DNA from: Octopus vulgaris
Taxonomy: Eukaryota
Direction: 5' to 3'
Assembly (NCBI GenBank): GCA_951406725.2
Contig: OX597829.1
Span: 12,090,001-12,154,000 of the forward strand
DNA: 64,000 nt
Shown here one piece after another: positions 58,062-64,000 of the stretch. The notes under the pieces were generated by a model, which saw only the letters and a list, made by a program, of their open reading frames with translations, was not told the origin of the DNA and ran no database searches. A program made the translations under genes and the position numbers. Within the stretch, counting starts at the first letter, position 1. Every line of letters begins with the position of its first letter.

Positions 58062-58123
58062 CGATAGAGGATCCTGAAAACATAATAAATACACAGATAA
58101 ATAAATAAACTAATAGAAATAAA

Positions 58124-58190
<67 letters not shown>

Positions 58191-58596
58191 GTATATGTAT
58201 GTATATATATATATATATATTTTTTTTTTTCGATTCAATTTATTATTATTATTACTAGTATTGTTTTTATACATACATACATACATACAAGCATATGTAA
58301 TGATAATAATGGGTGGATGTAAACACAGGAACAAAATAAGAATAAACAAAAACAACAAAAACAAAAAACAAAAAACAAAATACAAAATACAAATTACATG
58401 AACATATAAAATTACAAATTACATGAACATATATAAACAGAAGATACAAATATTACAGGCATCCCCCACATACACACACTAAATAAACATAAACGCACAT
58501 AGAGATATAAGCATGCGCAATTGAAGACATACAATAGAAATACAAAATGGCTGATGGTTAGTAAGGGGAGACACAAATAAGTAAGAAGAAAACAAA

Positions 58597-58641
58597 GGAC
58601 CACTGATGCGGTCACAGGAGTGTGACGAAAGAACTCTGGCC
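58597..58641 (+). ncRNA. Variant type I hammerhead in the pseudo-LTR
   Basis: GGACCA-CTGATGC-G-GTCAC aggagt GTGAC-GAAA-GAAC-TC-TGGCC. Confidence 0.7.
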
Positions 58642-58815
58642 GAAATAAGATTAAGATTAATGTAAAAAATAAATAACACTGAAGCAAAGTAACACCAAAT
58701 ATATAGTGCGTGTGTTTTTATTGGCTAAACTGGCAAAATGACCATTCCTAAATACAACAATATCTGTTTCAACACAGACTTCACATAAAAAATCTTGCAG
58801 AACAAATATTTAAAC

Positions 58816-58854
<39 letters not shown>

Positions 58855-59009
58855 CATATACATATATATATACACACAAACACACAAACACACACACAGA
58901 CACGCACACGAATCTACGACTGGATCGTCTTGCTTCCTTCTTAATGGTATAGCCGCATCTGCTCTAGTAATAGAAACGTATATCTGAGAGCCACTCCTAG
59001 CGCAGAGAC

Positions 59010-59330
59010 TGCTTTTCCAGCCACTGTCTGCTTGTTTCCTACCCAGGTCCACCTGCCCCACTTCACGGTCTATCATCACTCTCTCGAGGTCGTGGATACA
59101 TCCCAGGCCAATGTCTCCAATCAAGTTGTCGATGTAAGTGTGACGAAGTTTTCCTCTTCTTACATCACCATAAAGTGAATTCCACAAGACTACAAGACTA
59201 AGTCGGATGTTTTCAGTTCACGGTAGCGCACACAGTGACCAGATAGTCACAGCCGTCTTTGCCTAATCTCGGTAACTGTCGGCAGGTTTCCATAAAGGCA
59301 TCTGTTTGTCATTTGTGGATGCCATTTTAC
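59010..59330 (-). mobile_element. RTE-clade LINE 3' fragment
   Basis: LWNSLYGDVRRGKLRHTYIDNL..D.G...LERVMIDR. Confidence 0.7.
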
Positions 59331-59339
59331 GTTTAGTGC

Positions 59340-59780
59340 CGTTTGTAGCATGTTTATGCTGCAGTCAATTTTGCTCACTGCAAATTCATCATGTTGCTTT
59401 CTCCACGTCGAAATTGCATCCCTTCGTTAGCAAGCCTCCTTTACTCTCATCTTTTGAACTCTGTGATTTATTCCAGTCTCCAGCGGGAGCGTTCATCAAG
59501 AAAGCTTTCTCAGCTTTCAACGTTTTCTGTCAATAGAACTCACGTATCTCTTGCAGACATGCTCGAAACGAAAATGGTGTTGCCCTTGAACTCTCTTACT
59601 GGAACCATTTCACCGCAAAGCAGGTCTTTTGGCATCTTTGCACCTTACATGATGTGTACATGTCCCAACTAGCTGATGCGTTGTTGCACTAGAATGATGT
59701 CGTTGCGTATCTACATGCGAGCCACAACTTCAAGTGTCGGGGTATCGGCCGACAGGTTCCCTTTGATGTTTAGGATCAGT
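59340..59780 (-). mobile_element. Decayed RTE/BovB-like 3' fragment
   Basis: Minus strand reads ILNIK..QQRI.LGHVHIM...MPKDLLCGEM. Confidence 0.6.
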
Positions 59781-60139
59781 GTGTTATCTTTTTTTAAATT
59801 TAGAGTAAATTTTCACCGGCTACTTATCTGGTAGCAAGGTTTTAAAAAGAAATCATTTTGTTTTCTTCTCCACCCTTCAAATCTTAAGGTCCTGCAGATT
59901 TTTATTGTCCAAGATATAGTGATCATTTGTTGCTTATGAATTAAGAATGTGCATTCTCTCCCCAAGATCCCAAATTCAGTCACACTTTGCTCCAGACGGG
60001 CTGGTATGTATTCCTTTGCTCCAGTAAAGTAAGTATGAAGGTGAAAGTGTATCTTAGGCACTGAATTTGCTAACTCTTTATCAATGGTACATAGATGTCT
60101 GCTTTCTCTTGTATTTTGCTAACAAAAAATGACTAGGAA

Positions 60140-60540
60140 TATCGGCAAGAAGATAAGTCGATTTCATCGACGGTACTTATTTTATCGACTTTGAAAGGAT
60201 AAAAGACAAAGTCGATCTCGGTGAAATTTGAACTCAGAGCGTAATGACGGACGAAATGTCGCAAAGCATTTTGCTCAGCGTGCTAACAAGTCTGCCACAT
60301 CACCGTCTTCAAACTTTTTAATTTATTGCTTTAAAATTTTGTCACAAAGCCAGTAATTTCGGGTGAGGGGATAAGTCGATTACATCAATTAGTAATTAAC
60401 TGGTACTTATTTTATCGACCCTGAAAGGGATAAAAGGCAAAGTTGACCTCAGCGGAATTTGAACTCAGAAAGTAAAGACGGATGAAATGCCAATAAGCAT
60501 TTTGCTCGGCGTGCTAACATTCTGCCGGGTCGCCACCTTC
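60140..60540 (-). mobile_element. Two tandem SINE family B copies
   Basis: GGTACTTATTTTATCGAC..GAAAGG..AAAGTCGA..GAATTTGAACTCAGA. Confidence 0.85.
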
Positions 60541-60677
60541 ATAGTCGATATTATTCAAAACAGTTAAGCATAACATAGCATCATACATTTACTTTATTTA
60601 CGCACGCACACACATGTGTCCATTTGTTTGGGAAGTAAGCTTCTTACCACACAGCCACGCCTGTATATACATATATA

Positions 60678-61065
60678 AAAATTAAATTAGAGATAAAACC
60701 ACTATTAGGCAAATCAAACAGTGAAAAACATAAACCAAAACATAACAATAAAAATAATTAATATAATTTACAAAATATATAAAATATAAAATTTAAAATT
60801 TAAATTATTTAAATTTATATTTATATTTATAATTAAAATATATATATATATATATAACTATCAAAAAGTATTAAAAAGTTTATTATAAGATAAGTAAAAC
60901 CACTACGTACGTTTCAGGGCCATAACCTAATTCGAATTACAATAATTTAAATTCAATTATAAATTCGAATTATGGTTATTGTCAATCTTCAGGTTAATGA
61001 TAATAGTTAAATAAATAAGCAAATATATTTAAACAATATTATTTAAAAAATAAATAAAATAATAA
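60678..61065 (-). mobile_element. Second copy of the AT-rich family with hammerhead (60898-60997)
   Basis: Minus strand: AAC-CTGAAGA-[ATAACC..AATTCGAATT..AATTCGAATT..GGTTAT]-GAAA-CGTACG-TA-GTGGTT. Confidence 0.75.
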
Positions 61066-61317
61066 TTTTTCTTATAAAAAATCTATTATCAAACTAGAAA
61101 CTTTAATGATTATGATTATGTCATACAATCCAATTATAATGTTAAATATTAAATTTTAAGGTAAAAAATGTATTTATCTATTCAGATATAATATGGCTTT
61201 AAAATGAATATACACATTTATGTATGCATACATGCATATTATATTTGCGCATGCGTGTGCGCGCGCGTGTGTATCTGTAATTGGATGTATTATGTAAATG
61301 TGTATATATGTATTCAT

Positions 61318-61357
<40 letters not shown>

Positions 61358-61487
61358 ACATATATATATATATATATGTATGTATAAGAGGATAATTATT
61401 GTAATTTCGTTACAGCACAGAACAAAAATAAAAAATAGGACTGCAGCAGGAAGTGCTCAGGTGACACCGAGGCGAAAGGAGAAATAA

Positions 61488-61967
61488 ATTGAAAAGTATA
61501 ATGAATAAATGCTCCATTTGGTCAAAACAATTTTATATCATTCCCAAATTATCAGAAATCGAACATAAATATATATTTAAACAATAGGGCACCCAATGGT
61601 AAAATCCAATAGTATAAAATATACACATATACACCAATAAATGGTGACAAAACCTAAAAGGGTAATACGATTGAAGTGGCATGAAGAAAAATATATGGAA
61701 TAAATTGACGCCTTTATTATACATGAATTTATTTCGCTATTTCTCTTCATTCCACTTCACTCGTACTATCCTTTTAGGTGCTTCATTCGACTTCACTCGT
61801 ATTAGCGTTTTATTCGTGTATATGTGTATATTTTATACTATCGGGTTTTACCATTGGGTGCCCTATATTTATATATATTTATGTATTTATATTCGATTTT
61901 TGATAATTTGGGAATGATGCAAAGTTATTTTGACCGATTGGAATGTTTATTCATTATACCTTTCAAT
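61488..61967. mobile_element. AT-rich palindromic foldback element
   Basis: 61488-61635 is inverted at 61817-61967 (TAGGGCACCCAATGGTAAAA / TTTTACCATTGGGTGCCCTA). Inner arms are also inverted around ~61720. Confidence 0.85.
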
Positions 61968-62574
61968 ATGTATGTATATATCTATGTATGCATGTATGTA
62001 TTGTGTAAACATGTAATATTTTCTCCTATGTGTCTATCAGTCTGCTCTTTTTTGTCTGTGTATCCGTCGAGCAAGCACCATCTCGACTTAATGCCTGTCA
62101 GCCTGCTTGTTCTTCTTTTAGCCTGTCTTTACCTTCATCGATTCTTCTATTTGTTTATTTGTCCGCCAGTCTCTCTGTATGTTTGTAACTTTATTTATTT
62201 ATGCCCATCTGTTTATTTGTCTGCTTTCTTTTTGTCTTTCATTATTTTTCTTTATTTCGTTCTTTTTTGTGGTTTTCTATATTCCGCCATGTCCATCTGT
62301 TCGACCGTTCATCGCTGTTTGTCCACCCGTTTGTTTACCTGTCAATTCATTTTCATTTTGACCAGATGCAAGTCTCGAGGGAGAAAAACTTAACATTTTT
62401 ATTTATGTTTTTTTCTTTAATATGAAATGCATTATTCATCTGTAGTCTGACATTTTTATACATTTTGTTTATTTATTACACCCCGTCCACCCCACATCTC
62501 ACCTATATTTCTTAGGAGAAAAATATTTCAAAAATATTTTGAATTGTAAAAAAAACAAAAGGCGGCGATTAGAT

Positions 62575-63585
62575 TCCTTGGTTAATAGGAACTGGGAAGA
62601 AGTCATAATCAGGGTGGCCAAAGTCACCCAGAAATGAACAGAGATGAAGCTGTCTCTGAAAGGCCGGGCGGAAGTAACGAATGCACACATCATCTCGGGA
62701 GTGTACAGTGACAAGATTGATCACTTGCTATTTCGATTCTTATGGAAGGGTCAGGTTCTGTTACTTAGAAAATCCATCTGCTACCAACATCAACTCTGTT
62801 GTGGTCTTGGGATACTACCCATGATGACTCGACTCCACGCATTGAGGCTGACATATATGCGGAAATATCTAAATTACTGCGATGTGAAGGACAGAGACGA
62901 GCATAAGAGTGAACTGGTATGGGCGTCCTTCGTGGAACACGTCTTTCCGCAGCTCATCTCATTGATGGAGATGCAATCATGGGTCAAACGTAGACCGAGA
63001 TTGGGCGTTTTGCATCTAGAATGTTGCAAGACACTCACTACGCTCTACCAGCTGGACAAAACCGTTAGCTGGAAAACAACCCAACATTTCTAAAGGGAGT
63101 TGGTTAGTTGAGCGATGATGACCTAGGATTAACTCTGGGTATCGACGAGAGCAGTCTGAGTGGTGTCTTTCGGAAGACTTTCGGGTCAAAGGCCAAAGAC
63201 AATTTCTAAAAACCTTTGGCATGGTAGTTCTACAGGGCAGCAATGCCTGTTCGAGGCAAGCTCTTCAGGTATGGAAATGCCAACAGCTGAACCTACCCGA
63301 GATGCATTCAGGAGAACGAAACCATCCTTCATGCAATCGTTCACTATCCGTGTATTAGAGACTTGTGGGCTTGTGTTGAGCAGTTGCTGTTTGGTGTAAG
63401 TCGAATCCAACACTCCATCGAGCGTATAGTGAAAATCAATGCACCACCTTTCGGTAGCAGAGATGGAAGGTAAATCTTTCTCTGCTTAGCGGTTGTGGCA
63501 AAAGAAGGTGTATGGTGGACTCGTTTGAAAGGTTTGAAGACAGACACTTTCCTATCTGGTCAAGCTCTTATCAATTTCTTCTATT
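62575..63585 (+). mobile_element. Decayed Tx1-like ORF2 3' fragment
   Basis: KLSLKGRAEVTNAHI, LLFRFLWKG and FPQLISLMEMQSWVKRRPR, homologous to 29440-29800. Confidence 0.85.
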
Positions 63586-63617
63586 TATCTGTCAATTATC
63601 TATTTCTCTAATTTCTA

Positions 63618-64000
<383 letters not shown>

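Larger units (their letters stand above)
55249..58817 (+). mobile_element. Penelope-like element (probably Naiad clade) with an inverted 5' pseudo-LTR (55249-55710) and 3' pseudo-LTR, inserted in (TA)n
   Basis: RT and GIY-YIG ORF. 55249-55710 is a reverse-complement copy of ~58220-58760. Confidence 0.88.

Overview
Repeat-saturated eukaryotic DNA. I see no credible host protein-coding exon. The SINE families, microsatellite load and LINE spectrum suggest a coleoid cephalopod (octopus-like); this is an inference. The window is a mosaic of decayed non-LTR retrotransposons: several R4/Dong-like copies in (TAA)n tracts, CRE-like and Hero-like endonuclease fragments, a near-full-length L1-Tx1-like element with fragments, and RTE/BovB-like copies. 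It also holds Penelope-like elements (one near-complete, probably Naiad-type, with inverted and direct pseudo-LTRs), an internally deleted mariner, foldback MITE-like elements, a probable non-autonomous Helitron, tRNA-derived SINEs, a composite satellite and many microsatellites. The most striking unannotated signal is a dense set of type I hammerhead ribozyme (HHR) motifs, read by eye on both strands: about 12 well-formed or single-defect motifs plus decayed relics, from about 8 unrelated sequence contexts. They include tandem, inverted and convergent pairs, palindromic stem-III loops, and a non-canonical core (CUGANGC-G) shared by all three HHR-bearing copies of the Naiad-like pseudo-LTR. 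Decayed-element coordinates are approximate, and family names come from protein or RNA motif recognition, not database searches.
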